In this document: one piece after another, positions 27,146-43,017 of the stretch
How positions within the stretch are numbered: the first letter of the stretch is position 1
Layout of the letters: every line of letters begins with the position of its first letter
DNA from: Ruditapes philippinarum
Lineage: Eukaryota
Length of the DNA: 64,000 nt
Assembly: GCF_026571515.1 (NCBI RefSeq)
Contig: NW_026860920.1
Coordinates: 62,001-126,000, forward strand
Direction: 5' to 3'
Notes under the pieces: model-generated
Databases searched by the model: none
Seen by the model: the letters and a program-made list of their open reading frames with translations, nothing else
Told to the model about the DNA's origin: nothing
Position numbers and translations under genes: made by a program

Positions 27146-29629
27146 TTTTAAAGTTTTATTAGTAGTTTGAAAGAAATCCATTTAGATTTAGATTTTTATT
27201 TGTCTTGTGAATGTGATAATCAAATTACTGACAAAAAATATTATTGCATTTTCATAACGTATCAATTGGTTATTTAAGTTAATTGTCCAAATGTAAAGTT
27301 TGTTAAATTATTAACATTTTCAACTAGCTGTTCAACAAGGTAGACATGAATATATCATAAACATGAAGTATCTCGGTCAAAGTAAAACCGGTTAACTTGA
27401 ATAATTTCATTATTATGCTATTTCCAAATTTTCGATACATATAGAAATGTTAGTAATGCTTGCATAACAATGACATAATCATTTCTTAAATAGAAATTTT
27501 CTAATGAAATAAACTTAATTAAAAGCAAATTGATATTTATGTCTCTTCAACTTCAAAGTATGATTACAGTATTTATTTAGGAATCCCTATTACGTTTGAC
27601 CATATATTTCTTAATAATGTGTAATATTGGCAGGATTATTTAATGAATCACATATGCAAAATTACATATAATAAAACAAACAGATAATGGATAGTATGAA
27701 ATAAAAATATACTTATAAAAAAGCACCCCACGGTACACGTTTAAACGTATTCGTTTCGATTTTCATTCGTAAATGTTTATGATATTATTTTATCGTTTAA
27801 ACGAAGTGATCAAAATAAAAAACGGTATCCTAATTATTACATGTAAGCATGCATTTTATCAATTCTAATTTATTTATTCCCAGTAAAAACAGAATAATGT
27901 AACTCTTCACGCAGCATCACTGTTCAATAATCGCTCGTTTGGTAAAAATGATTCTCCTTTTGATTTTCAAAACAGTGAAAAGGGCATACAGTGCAGAAAA
28001 TTTGTGCCGACTCCCTCGCGCTGAGCCATGAACATGATTAATTTGTACTTGTATTAAAAATAGAAAGTAAGTTATCATTTTGTAACTTGCAATGCAGGGT
28101 TAAAGTATAATACATAGAAGTATCAACGGTTAAACGGTATCGTTCTGGTATTTAATAATCGTGTAAACGTTTGCAAAAATATAAATGTAGGAGCCTTACT
28201 TATAAACGTTATATCTGTCATTCAATGCAAACAGCTTTTATTCTCAACCATAACATTAATTGTCTGAAAGTTTGGGGGTCTGAAGCAAAATCTAAACTCC
28301 ACATATATATATAGAACAATAGATTTTGCACTTTAAAATTTCATTACTCCAAAATGTAAATTATTTATATAGTTATAGGCATTTAAGATTTAAAAAAGTA
28401 TTACATAAACAATTAACGCGCAATCAAAATGAAAATTGAAAAGAAAGTTTATAAATAAGAACGTTTTGAAAATAAATCTACGGATTTGTAGCACGTACAT
28501 AAGAAAATACTAAAATCTAAAAAACACCGAAAATCCGAAAAAGATGTTTTATTAAAGATGTTACTTTTTGACATATTGTTCAATGGTATGATTTAACAAT
28601 GGTTATTAATCTTGAAAAAGTGGGACACTGTAAGATGTGTTCCTTAATGAACTTGTCGTGTATCGGTAAGGGATTTCATTTTTAAACAACAACAACAACA
28701 ACAACATATTCGCAGTCGGTAGGCAATTATATTTAAATACTTGATTAATATACACAAAATATATGAGAATTGATTGATATGGAAATATATATATAAAAAT
28801 ATTAAAATTTGAACACATCAATGAGCATACAATTTATTGGACACTTATAGACTGTTCTACCTGATAAATTCGGACTTTTGTGTCTATTTGTCGATATTTT
28901 CATTGGTATGAGTAAAATAACACGACTGTTTACGTTAAGAGTAGTCTCATTATTTTAATAAAAATATAATTCGTAAGTTCCAACGTAAAATTATCTCAGT
29001 AAGTTTTTTATGTAAATTAAAGTGTTCAGTAGAAAATGCAATGAAATCTAAACGCATTGTTAAATGGTTTGTGGGAGTTTAAACAAAACTAAACTATCTT
29101 AGCAATTTAACTGGAAAGTGTAAGAACTATACTGTACATTTGTTTCATTTGAACTACCCTTTACATGTTTTAGAATGGCAAAACTTATTTTTTATATTTT
29201 GCTTTAGAATTATTTTCATATTTGCTTATCCCACAGACTTACATTATGAGAAATGGTCCCTGATCCTACCTTAAAATTGAGATTTTGTGCTCAAGAGGTG
29301 ATTCTTCTATGAGAATGAAATGCCTGACACATAAAAATGATCTTGTTATATAGGGTAATGACTTCAATGAGGTTCACCCCCTTTTTCTTAGAAATAAATT
29401 GCTGATATGCCTATCATACCCTTTTATCAATACAAATATGCAAGTCACACATTATCTTATAGACTTATGAAATATTTCATTTTCTTGAAAAATAATGTAA
29501 TGTTAGTTTCTATTAGTTTCCATACTTTAAAGCTTACATCACATATCACATTGAATTTCACGGTTTCCCTACACTGTTTTCAGCCAATCACTGGCTATGG
29601 AGTAATCTGATAGGCTGATTTAAAAACTT

Positions 29630-32600
29630 TACTTTTGTATGGTAACAACTATCCTTTATTGAATGACATAAATGTGCCAGATCGTGCAAATGTAGACACT
29701 TATAGGAACAGATTTGGGAATCTGTTAGTTGACTTTTGTATTATAAACTCATTACTTATCGTGAATGGCAGACTTGGTGCAGATAAAGGAATAGGTGACT
29801 GAACACATGTTTTATCAAATGGTTGTAGTACTATCGATTATTTTATTGTTTCAAGAGCATTATTTGACAATGTAAAATATTTTAGAATTGATAATAATGG
29901 TTTATATGATCATTTGCCAATTATATTGTTTTTTGAAAACTGTATAAATAAATAATGCATATAATGAACAATGTAAGGAGTTTGTTTATAAATGTGACTT
30001 AAGTGGTCAAAATTCAGAATTGTATTTAAGTATTGTCACTGAAAATATATTAAATGGTCATTTTGATGCTGTAAGTGAATGCATAGAAACCACAGGTAAT
30101 GTTGACACTGTACTGGAGATTTTTGAAAACATTTTACTCCAATCAAGTAGACCTTTTACAAAGCGTATGCTGACTAAAAATTATTTTAATAAAAGTAAAT
30201 CTAAATGGTTTGACCATGAATGTTAACGTCTTAAACAATGTAAAAATAGAAAATTAAGACTGTTTAGAAATAGTAGAAAACAGGATGACCTTAAAGCTTA
30301 TTTAGATGTTAAACAGGAATTTGTTAAAGTATGCAAAAGTAAACAAATCTCATATAATAGAAGTACATTAAAATCAATTGAGGATTCAATTCATAACCAT
30401 AGAAATTTTTGGTCTAAAGTAAAGTGTCAAAACCGTAAGAATGTTAAACACTCAATAACAACAAATGTCTGGTTTGATCATTTTAAGTCTTTGTTTGCTA
30501 CAGAAGTTAATTCAGTAGAAACTGATGTTAGGACAGATGTAATGCCAATTCAAGGATATATTCAGTTATCTATTTTTGACTCATTAATAACAGATGAAGA
30601 GGTATCAGATGCCATTAAATCCCTTAATGTAAATAAGGCTTGTTCTGGTAATCTAACCCCAAGACAGTTTACAACATGCTTAGAAATTCTTCTCCCTTAT
30701 ATAAGGAAATTCTTTAATTTTATGTTTACATCAGGTAATTTTCCATTAAAATGGACGCAGATTGAACTTGTCCCAATACATAAAAAAAGTCAAATTAACA
30801 TACCTGATAACTATAGGGGTATAGCATTATTGGATGTTTTCAGTAAATTATATATTCACATTCTGAATAAACGTCTTACTTTTTATGTTAATGCATTTGA
30901 TAGGATTTCTGAATCACAGGCAGGTTTTCGCTCTGGTTATTCCACAATTGACAATGCTTTTGTTTTGTTTGCATAAATAAATAGATATCTCTCTATGAAA
31001 GGAAGAAAATTATATGTAGTCTTTGTAGACTTCCGTAAAGCTTTCGACTCGGTTAAGAGATCACTTTTGTAAAAATCCTTGGTAAATATAGGTGTTATAG
31101 GTAGATTATTTCATGCCATACAAAGCATATATCATACAGTTAATGCAAAGGTCCGAAATGGTAACAATTTAAGTTCAAGTTTCGTGTGCCCAATAGGTTT
31201 ACGTCAGGGGTGTAGTTTAAGCCCTATCTTATTTTCAATATTTATTAACCAGTTAGAAATGTTTCTCAAAGAAAAAGGTGTACGTGGTATCCAGTTAACT
31301 CCAGATATAGTTGAAATTATAATATTAATGTTTGCTGATGATATAGCCTTAATTGCAGATACAGTTCAGGGTCTACAAAGTAAACTTAATTTTTCTGCAT
31401 GAATTTTGCAATATTTGGGGACTAAATGTCAATATTAATAAAACTCAAGTAATGGTGTTTAAAAATGGTGGAGCGATTGCAGGAGCTGAAAGATGGTTCT
31501 ACAATGATTGCCCCCTTGCTGTCGTAGATGGTTTTAGTTATGTTGGATTATACTTTTCATGTAGGTTGTCGCTGCATAAAATGGCAGAGAGTACATCTGT
31601 TAAAGCAAAGCGAGTACTAATATCTCTATTAAAGTCATTATATCACCTGTTTCCTTGTTCTGGATCAATGTTTTTTAAATTATTTGATAGTAAGATAGCA
31701 CCAATATTATTGTATGGGGCTGAAATTTGGGGACTTGAAAAACAGGATTCAGTTGAGCGGGTACATTTATACGCATGTAAGCGTTTTATGAATGCTCCAA
31801 TCAAGGCATGTAATGCAGCAGTCCTTGGTGACTGTGGACGACATAGCATGTACTGTGTTACTGCCAAAAAGGCTGTAAAATATTGGTTCAGAATATTACT
31901 TATGCCAAATTATCGTTTTGTCAAAAAATCTTACCAGATGCTTGTATTATTTGATTCTAATGGATACAAAAACTGGGCTACGAAGATTAGATTACATCTA
32001 TACCAACTGGGGTTTGGTTACGTTTGGGATGCCCAAGGTGTTGGTAATATTAATCTTTTTTTGTTTGTTTATTCTCAACGCTTAACGGATATGGATCGTC
32101 AAAACTGGTCGAGTAAATGCAAGGATTCAAGTAAACTTTATTTTTATCATACATTTAAACAAAATTTTGGCTTTGAACCATATTTAGATTGCATTAATAA
32201 ATATAAATTCAGAAAGACCTAAGTTGCTTTTAGAACATCTTCACATGAACTTATGATTGAAAAGGGGCGGCATCTGAAATTATCACGAGAAGAGAGAACT
32301 TGTATATATTGTCAAAATTTAGTAGAAACGGAGTACCATTTCCTTCTTATTTGCCCACTATATACTAGTTTACGTTTAAAGTATTTAAATAAAAAGTTCT
32401 ATGTAGCTCCTACTTTACATAAATTTAATATTTTAATGTCAAGCAATAATATGTCAGTTGTAAGAAATCTAGCTATGTTTATATATTATGCTCTTGAAAA
32501 ACAAAAACATTGTATTAATACATTTACTTTTTAACAATTTGAACATGACATGATATATTGTTAACGCAAAATGTTGATTGAACTATAGAAATTGTCTTGT

Positions 32601-32690
32601 TATTCACAATTTGTATAATTTGAATGAATATTATGTATATGTGTATTGGCTGGTGGCCATATATCGCAAATAAAAGTATAAGAAGTATTT
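29630..32690 (+). mobile_element. Decayed 5'-truncated non-LTR retrotransposon (APE endonuclease, RT, C-terminal Cys/His motif; RTE-X-like, tentative)
   Basis: APE remnants (LLIVNGRLG..STIDYF..DHLP, about 29750-29925). RT motifs NYRGIALL, SQAGFR, GLRQGCSLSPILF, MFADD. C-terminal CIYC..EYHFLLICPLY. Several stops and frameshifts. AATAAA near 32669. Confidence 0.92.
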
Positions 32691-35600
32691 TTCATTCTAG
32701 AATGACCAATATGATTCCCAAATTCCATTTGTAATTTTAAATTGAACAATGAGTATTTTTGTTTTTCCAAGTCCAGGCATTTAATTTGAATATAAGAATG
32801 ATCTTACATAGATGTTTAATTGTAAATTCTATAAATTACCTTGCATTATTCGAAATTACCAATATTATAATTCGAAATGGTGGGAGGAACATTCATTCCA
32901 CATCTTATACATGTAAGATCATATATGATTTATATCAAGTAGATCTAAAAAAATAAACAAAAAATAATTTCTTCCTTTAAGCCAAGAGTGCGATCGATCT
33001 ATTGCAAAAACACTTAAAGGCTCTAAATATTCTATAGCACATCATGTTCTTTATCCCGTTTCATCCGAAATGAAAATTTGACAATCCATGTAAATACATC
33101 GCCAAAATGGCCTCTCATGATATATGTAAGCGTGACAAGTTAAGTGAATTAAATCTTGAAGAAAAATCACTTAAACCTGGAGTAGCCCATGTACGAGAGT
33201 TAGATGTTAGTGTTTCTACGGGTATGCTATTACAATGATAAATGCGAAAATCACTAAAAAGGTATCAAAAAGTGTCAGGGTTTTATCAAGAAACATTTAT
33301 TACTATTTGTTATATATAGTGCGTTTTTATTTTTACCCTAAATGTTAGGCGACATGGTCCCAACTCTCAAATCTGCGATCAAGTGCTTAAGATACAGATA
33401 ATTGTGGGATGCCTCTGCTCCCTGATCCAGACTCTGATAATGTGATTTGTTAAAAATATAAAAATAGAAAGATGCTTGAACAGGTTTAAACTTCACGATG
33501 AGTAGATCGTTTAGAAGATCAAAATACAATATAATTTTATGTTCGTGTGTTTATGTCCGTTATCGTTTTACACACATTTGCCAACAATATATGCTCATGT
33601 CAATGCATGTATAAATTTATTTTTCAACAGTCATATAAAAAAGCAAAACCTTAATTTTAGGTCATACATGAGCTATGCAATAAGTACTTTATTTTTAGAT
33701 CTAGATAAGTAATATATTTACTCTTCTGTTCACATAACAATGGTTTGTTAGTTTGTCAATTATTATTCCAATTTTGGCATTCTTTTGTCATATCTTGGCG
33801 GCCGATCAACCTTACCGTTTTATGTTCTGGATAACTTTCCAGAAGTTTCCAAATTCTCCGCAAGTGATGGACTACTAAGCTCACATTATTTCCGAATAAG
33901 CACTAAAAGACAGATGACCATAAGACTCGATGTGATGTAAGAGATCAATTTCCACATAGCAATCTTGCATCGCCCGTTGGTCGAATAGGCATCCATGCAT
34001 TTGAAATTCGATGTCTTCGTATCATGTGTTTCTTAGATATAAATCACTTATTTGATTTTAAACATTCAGAGAAAAAATCAAAGACTATCAGTGACTTAAT
34101 TTCTCATAACTTTTTTTATACTTTTAAAAAATGTATTGCCTATTTTGTATGGGTTTGCTGTTTGCTGAAACATAATTTTGACAAAGATATTGAAATTCGT
34201 TATTGTATACACAGTAATTATGTTTATCATCACTGTGGTATACAGTACTCCGGATATTGCTAGATATTATTAGGACTTTCATTCCATTTTGCGACTTTGA
34301 ACAGGGAACAAAGGTTAGTTCAGCGACGATATTAAGTCATTATGAATCTGTTTGATTTAAATTTTATAGACAGACATGTACTTCGATAATTTCTCTAGTC
34401 ACTGAAAACCCATACATGTTGAGAAATAGCTTTGAAATGTAATAAGGAGGTAAAATTCGTCTCTCTGCTCACGTTATAAATGAGCTCTGGTCAGTCAAAT
34501 TGGATGTTTTTGTGCATATACTTCCTAAAAAGAAAATTTTTAATTGAATGAAATGTGATAATGATGATAATGTTTATGTTGTAAATGTTCAACAGCGCAT
34601 GTTTAGAAAAAATACACATGTCAGTTTACCGAGTATTGCTTTCGAGTTTGGACTTTGTGTATAGTTGACACTATATGTGCAGAATAGGCAGAGTGCGGAG
34701 GTACTTTACTGGAAACAGTCGTGAATAATACATAGGGAGTGAAATTTTCAATCCTGCTCATGATAAAAGTCGAATAAAGTCAGCAATTTTCTGTGTTTCA
34801 AAGTTCTTGTTGCTATCGAATGATCAACCTTTTCAGAATTTATTTATAACTATTTCATATCGTACTATAAGTAGTAGTGGCAAAATTGCATGGAAAGTGT
34901 ATGATGATGCCTCAAGATTGTCAATATTAGAATATTAGCCGGTATTGAACAAGTGTGCTAATATCTGATATCAACCTACATTTCTATATATGCCAAAAAT
35001 CATATAAAGGTAACTTTCGGTCAATTTGAACCTTCATTCTAGCAACGGCAGACCGTCTGCTCGTGAAATTTGTTACGTCATTAGCAATGAGTTATGACTT
35101 TTGAGCGGGTACTACAGGCTCAAATCGAATAATGGATTTTTTTATATGATTATATGATACTGGGCTGTAAATGCAATAAAAAGGCTCCTTAAGCCGATAT
35201 CTTTCTTAAGACACACTTTCCCTTGTAAAAAACCTATAATTAATGTCATCTAAATATTTTTTGCTTTCTTTTAAGAGATTGATCTCCCTGATCAAAGTTT
35301 CTTGATATATGTTTTTAAATATTTTGATCGTCAATGTTATTAGTTCTACCCTGCTCTCGACAAAGTAAACACTTAAACTCTATCCTCATTAACACGCTTA
35401 AACTTTATTTCATCCATAGTGTAATTTTCAATTAAATTGGAAATTAAATCTCTGTACTTGTTCGTAGAATAATACTGAAACTGCATTTTTGAATCTAAAA
35501 TATTTGAATAAATATCATGAACAGTAAATTATCAGCAAAATAAAATGTTATAATCGATAAACAGATGTAAAAATTAGACAAAAATATCGATTTTCCATTC

Positions 35601-38600
35601 TAATTTGCTCATTAAGTTTTGTAATACTCTGTACACTAAAATTGAGCTTATGTGCAATACTAGTTACACTAAATACTCGGTACACCTTCTTGTATCTTTT
35701 TAGGCCTATATCTTTTTGTACTTTCACACTTTTGTCTGAAATTTTGACTACGCACACTTGGATTATGAATTAAGAAATTGCTCAATTAATAGTGTTTGTG
35801 TCTTAGTAATATAATCATTTCTAAAGATTCTACAGTATCCATTCAATACTTTCTAGTGAGCAGACGATCGATTAGGGGTAGCTTAATCAATCTTACAAAT
35901 ACCTGTTACACTTTGATGTCTTTTAGAGCTACACAAAATACCTCTAGATGTTTAAAACCCGTTGAGATAAATAAAATAGTTATTTGTTTGGAAAAGATCG
36001 TCGCTGAACTTACGAGGTCAATTGCGTTTCAGTTAGTTCTATTTCTTAAGACAATGTTTGCTGAGGTTGATTTATCAAACAGTATTGAATAGTTAGAGAA
36101 TCCTGATCTGTTGTTCTCATTAGCAATGAGAAAATCTTTCATACATTTCAAATATGTGTTACACTAGTCAAAATCAACTTTGAATAATGGTATAAGTTAA
36201 TACCTAATAGAATAATGAAAATAAGAATCCCTAAAGAAATTCCAAAACTTCAAATTTGAAAATGTTGCAGACTAGGTTTGATTGTGCCTTTTCGTGGACG
36301 ATACTGTCAAGTGCAAACTACCGTCCACACCCCCTAGCACCGGCTTAAGCAGAATTCAACATTGAAATATGAAATAGCCAAATTTTGAATTAAGAAACAT
36401 CCATAGATGTGTCCATACGGCTGTTATCATGGAACCTTAATGTGACACTTCCGTGCCGTTCCATTAAAGCAGCTTATGGTCCCGAAGTAATAGAAATCGT
36501 GTGCCCTAAAGAAGAAAACAATGGATGAAACTAAACAAAATGGAATTTTGAAAGGGGATCAAATGTTATGTAGCCTGCATATCTCAGATAAGGCGTTAAA
36601 AGACAAAGTAAAAAAGTAGGCAGCATATCCTAAGGGTGATCCAACATTATTCAAGTAGGAATATTGGAATTTCAAATACTTGAAATTAAAAAGTACTAAA
36701 AACACAACAATGAAGTCGTGTTGGACGATCTTATTTAACATCTCGGGCGACTTTTTACAGCCTCATCACGACAACAAACAACGCTGATGTGGCGATAAAA
36801 TAGAGAAAATATGAATCCCTAAAAATGTCCATATAGGCAAAATTGAAAATGTTAACTATCGCACTTATTAAGTTAACTTTGATGACTGTCAAAAATAACA
36901 GACGAAACAGACGAATATAATTCCCCAAAATAAAAATTAAATACATTATTATATATATTCAGAATATAATACCAGTCTAATGGTGAGAGAAAGAGAGCAT
37001 TAGTTTTAGGCATTCACTTTTCAAGGTAGCAACTATATCAAATAAAATTGTGAAAACAATTGCTGTATTTTAGATTTTTTTGGATGAAAATGTTCAACAA
37101 AAAACAATGAACTAATTATATATTAATAATTTATTAAATTTATTCATTCATTCATTCACACTATTATGCGAAAAACCATATATGTGAAACAACATTATTT
37201 AATATCAAAATAATACTACATATTCTTTCTTCTATTGTAAGTTATTTAATTGCACTGACTTATTCACACAAACAAGAAAAAATTACTTTAAAAGTAGCAT
37301 CAATCTCTTTTTCTGTAAGTATTTAAACTAATTCATCAGTATTTCAAAGAAGGATTTAAGATGTTATAGGTTTTAATGTTATATTAATTATAAAGCATGC
37401 TCTTATCAATAACATCTTTTGGCTTAAAAAGTCTTTTTATGAAACCGCACTAACGTGTCACTTTGAATGCTCCATGGTAACGCCATATGGCCATATCTGC
37501 TGATGTTTCAAAATTAAAGTTTTTACCAGTTCATGTTAAATGTGGAATCTTAAGTCGGTGCTAGGGGGCTTGGACTGTAGCTTGCAATTACCTCTACTGT
37601 CCACGAACAAAGCCTGCAACATTTTAAATTTTGCAGTGCTGGGCTTTCGTTAGGGATTATGTATCTCTCTATTCTATTGTCTTCTAACGACGGCAACAAA
37701 TAAAATGATGATACCCTTTGCTATTCCTTTTCTGCTTGGAATAAACCAGGTACAAGTCATACCGATAAGAAACCCGGGCAGCTAATGCAGCAATATCAGA
37801 ACTAATTATAGCTCCCAACCCTTAAAACCTTTTTTCGCTTTTTGCCTGTTGTCACATAATTGTCAGTGCCCGTCTTTATTTAACTTGAACTTAAGAACTC
37901 TTTTTCAGACATTAATGCTAAACAACCACATGCATGCCTTGCAGTAAATTCCTGTGTTGATTGTTGTTTCATTGTTTTTTTTTGTTTTTTTAAACATTAT
38001 ACACATAATCTTATATATTTAACAATGTATGCCTCAATATTCATAATTAGCTCACACAGACAAACAAACAATCTCTAAACCTAAGTTGTTCGTGAAAGGT
38101 AGTATGTTCGGGTAATGAATTTTGCAGATGTTAACAATTCTTCTTGGCAATTCATAACATCATTTTAAGTTACATTAGTATATATGACATAATGAATCTA
38201 ATGATATAATCAGGGCGTATCTTTATCGTTTATTCTAAAATATATTTAGGCAGAATTAAATATTGTTTTTTGCTCATTATTTATCAAAATACATGCTGAA
38301 TACGAACAAACTACAATACAACTCATATTTGTTTTGTCGGACTTGCACTGTCTTATTCTATCACCTCAGTTACGATTAATAAAAACTAATCAGGAACGCA
38401 TGCGCACATACATACAAAAATGTATGTAGCTCTAGCTATACTATAAAGGGCTTAAGGTAGGTCAATATAGGTATGTGGTTCATAATATATATAAAAAAGA
38501 AAAATATCGAATCGGATTCGGACAACAAAAGAGATATTGATTGATCGTCCATAGTTTCTTTGCATCTCTTGTTACTGATTGATTAATATATTCCTTGTAA

Positions 38601-41494
38601 TTACGTCATATGTACCGTTGATATAAATTATTCAGTGATCTATCTAATTCAGAAGGAAATCATACGGATCTTAAAGCTGCATGCCAAACGTAAAAAAATG
38701 TATTACGATTCTTAGAAAAGTAAATATAATTACAACTACCTGTTATTTGCAATGAATGACTGATTTTGTAGTATTTATAACCATACTTTGACAACATTAC
38801 TGACATAGTAAGGGGTAAGTTTTGTGTATTATGACTTTTATTTGGCAATTTATTGGATTGAAAAATCCGTGTGCAATGTGTAAATTACTTTTGTTGTTCG
38901 CTTGACACGATTTTTCTAAATAATACAGTTTCAGACTTTTGATGAAAATAAGCAGGAATCTTGAGGCATGTTGTTTTCATATATGACAATAACGTACATG
39001 TATTTCTTTTAATTTGTAACATATATCATTGTCTAACAAGTCTCGATGACAAGTTACTAGACACATCACGTATTGAAGTTTGTTAGTTAGAGCCTTGCTG
39101 AATCATTAATTTGTTTTTTCTTAATTTGTTTTTATATTTTCCGAACCTTACCACTAAGTATTTTTTGTCCATCACCCACAGACTTCAAACCTTGAACTTA
39201 ATAATATAACATACATATATGTATTTATCAAAATTATAAAAATAAGAAAAAAGACCCAGTAGGTAAACAAACAATCTATTAATTCATGCTACATTTGCCA
39301 TAAAAAGAAATTAAAATCTATTAAAAGAAATAGTTTATCGAAGATTCAAACAATGCGGATACTGATTCACAATGCCAACAACTAGGCCATTCGGCCGCTA
39401 CGTGTTAAGGATCAGAAACTATACCTTTGATTAAAAATCCTAAATATGTAAATCGTAATAATGTACTGAAACTCAAAAGCTAATCAGTTTTATGTGAATA
39501 TTGCCAAACAGTTATGGTGAAAATGTATTATAAGGTAAGACTTGTGTTTACATTTGAAAAGCTAAATGATGTAGGGGTTTCAGGTTATTTAGCTTATTAC
39601 TCACTGTCTGGTACATGAAACGGTGCGAATTTTCCGTTGTGTTTCCATCCAGGATGGAGGAAACACAAACAACATTGGACGAGGTGTTCGCCGAGCCTGA
39701 TAAAGGTTTTGCGGCTGGGTATGAGTCCAATAGAATCAGTATTTTTCTTACACATGTTTGATTAATTCTTTATGTCACATCAACATTTTTGGACATTTTG
39801 ACCGAACTTTGTAACTTTAATTACAATAAAGATTTGATACGGAATTGAGACTCTCATTCAATAAATAAAAGGCAAGATGGGGTGCGATATGGACCTAATA
39901 AGAACTTGGCAACATTGTTAAGTTTGGACCTTATATTGGTACCTCAAGAGGTGAAAATGCGAAAGTGCATCGGTTATATTCTAGAAGATGTAGGTGTGAA
40001 ATGAACTCGTATACCAATGTATGTGTAATTGGCTGTTAGAAACTTAAAATGATTGATTGACTTTACAAAGATTTGTAATTGCCATTTTGACACTAATAGT
40101 GGAAGAAGAACCGTGTTGTACATATGTTAAATACAAATATAACATTTTTCAAATTTTAATCTATATATTTAGTAGAAAATCTGTATATATGTAGGTGAGA
40201 GTTCTCTTCCTGAAAGCTGATTAAAGAAAACGGTTCATTTGAAAATGTTGCCTGTAAAACATTGAAGTTTGTCCGGGACATAACTCTAAAACTATAAGAA
40301 ATAACAACTTAAACCTTTGAAGGTAGATAGATCTCATCAGGTAGAAATGCAGTACAAAAAGAACAATAATTATGTCTTGCCTAATTTTGGAGTTATTGCC
40401 CTTTGTTCATTTTTACAATTTGAACTTTATCTGAGGAATAACTCTGAAACCATGAAAGGTATTTACAAAAAACCTTGTAGGTAGATAGTTCTCATTAAGT
40501 AGATTTGCAGTGTAAAAGAACCATAACTCTGCCTTGCCTTATTTTGGATTTATTGTCGTTTGTTAATTTTTACACTTTGAACTTGATATTGGTAGCTTCC
40601 GTCGGCACCTTAAAACTAGAGAAAATGAAAAATTATTACGAAGAATCATCCTTTAAAGCCGAATTATCTTTTGGATGAAGTAATTATTGACTGCCAGTCA
40701 TACCTACAAATCTATAGTTAAACTTGGTTCGCTCGAACTCGGATTGCTCGAATAAGATCCTTCGCTCGAAGTAATTGCCTGGTCCCGGCAAATTCCCAAT
40801 ATAATTTGTATATACAAATAAATCTCAAAATAATAGACAAGTAAGATTGTGTCAAATACATTTATAACTAGTGCATATAGATAGAAATGAAAGATAATTA
40901 AAAAATCACTCTTTAAGGTAAAAGATGACAACACATTTGATTTTCCCTGTTACATCTATAAAACTTTAGTTAAAATTTGTTCGCTCGAACTCAGATTACT
41001 CGAATAACTTCCTTCGTTCAAAGTAATCGTCTGGTCCCAGCAAAATCACTATATAATATTAATTGTATTTGTGAATAAACCAGTTATAGATTGTGTACAA
41101 AAACATTTATAACTCGAGTGTGGTAACCGAAAGGAACCCAAGCCGGCGAGATAGATAATAAGATTTATTCGACCAAGCTGTAGATCTGCATACTTGTGAG
41201 ATGCCCTTGCTTCAAGACTCTCATACTGTGATTGGCTGAAATTATAGATATGAATACACGTTAAAAACGTCAGGTTATTATGAAATGAATGGTATATTCA
41301 AAATATTGGAATAAAATCATTTCATGACCAACTATGTATGTAAATTCCTCATCATAATCATTTAATAAAACATTATTGACAACAGTGTTTCTTCAGTTTG
41401 AACTTCATAATTTTAGTTCCTTACCTGTTTGGTACTGCGCTGGAATTGCTGAAGCTGAAGCATAATGTAAAATCAAAGCACTGAATGTACTGAT

Positions 41495-42977
41495 GGGGAG
41501 GCTATGAGAGAATGTTTCAGACTTATAGTTTCTTTTCTTTTTGCTTAAAATATGCTACCAAAATAAAAAGATATGCACATTGCGCTATTTATCCTTACTG
41601 TTGTGTTCAACCATTCATATATATGGTTAATGTGGTTGACTATTCATTTTGTTAATATTCCAGAACATTTCATTGAGGTCTACATTCGGACTGTTTATCA
41701 TGCAAATTTTGAAAAACCTAAACTGTCAATAATAAATGACATACCAGCAAGTATGGACGACTGTTCATTATCAGATAACAATAACATTTTTACAACTGAT
41801 GACGGGTTCCTTATCAAAATATTCTAGGACTGTTCATCATAAAATACTTTAATGTCATTTTAATATTATTGAATGATAATAACAACTGCAAGTGATGCAA
41901 CATTTTTATTGAACATAAAAATTATACACGTTTAGATGTACCATAATTGAGATCAATAAGATACTGTCTTGTGATGAGTATTAATATTCATGCTCTACGG
42001 ACAGAAGGTTGTCTTCTCCAGAAGCAAATCTCGAATAAAATCACGTTTCAGAAAATTATTCCCATTTCATTACTGACGGCGTCGGATAATATTAAAGCTA
42101 AATATTTCTTGAAAAAATACACATCTGCAAAAGCTTATTCAAAACTGAATCAACCTAAGTGAAAATTGATCAGGAAGTTATATCTTCTTTTTTTACGGCC
42201 AACACTCAACCAACTTATGGTAGTTAATCGATTGTTTTAAACCTCACTAGCTTGAAATATATACTGCGGAAAATCTGTTGTTAACAGGGTGTGCGGTTAT
42301 TACGTAGGGTTTCCCTGTCGACCATTTCCCGCAAATAGATGAGAACACCGAAGCCGTCAGTGCTATGAATGGTGTTATAAATGGCGTGTTTTTGGAAGTT
42401 TTTGTTGAAACTTCTCCAAATCCCTCCAGAGGCGTGCACGTCGCGGAGAAGGCACACGGAAGGTCATAGTCAAGTCATCATAAGTACCAGAGGTGATTGG
42501 TTGACCTGTCGTGACTTACTCTGGAGGTTTGGCGCTAATAGATGCTGTTTTTGTTGTCGTCAGTCAAAAGTTGATGCCTTGACGGTATTGTCGTCTCCTT
42601 TACCACCAAAGAACGAAGAATGGGCTTCCAGGAAGAATCTGCTTGAAAAAGACGTCCAAGATGCCATAATCTCGGACATATGGTTATTCCGGCGCCGAGT
42701 ATAAATAAACTTAAAACACACACACTTTTGTTGAAAACAAAACAAAGAAACAACATCACATTTTCTGTAGTAATTTTTCAAGTGTTGTAAAATGAATAAG
42801 AAATTCCTCTTATGCCGCCGATTATTTTTAGAACACAAACATAAAAGTTCGTTTTTTTATTTTTCAAATAAACATTAATCACTTCAGCGCGCGCAAATAT
42901 CGTTTTCAAATTAAAGTTTCGTAAGATATGTTAATGACTTCCCGATGCTCGACTGTAAGTAATTTGTATATGTATGC

Positions 42978-43017
<40 letters not shown>

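Noticed and set aside
27715-28202. Possible MITE with weak inverted ends
   Set aside because: Terminal match is too degenerate, with no TSD or empty site to support it.
29577-29620. TTTCAGCCAATCAC match to the exon-10 acceptor on the opposite strand
   Set aside because: Only 14 nt with no continuing YESL coding similarity. It is part of a small CCAAT-type hairpin next to the LINE 5' end.
42381-42838. Overlapping ORFs of 74-107 aa as a host gene
   Set aside because: No recognisable domain or exon partners, and they lie within a TIR-bounded insertion.
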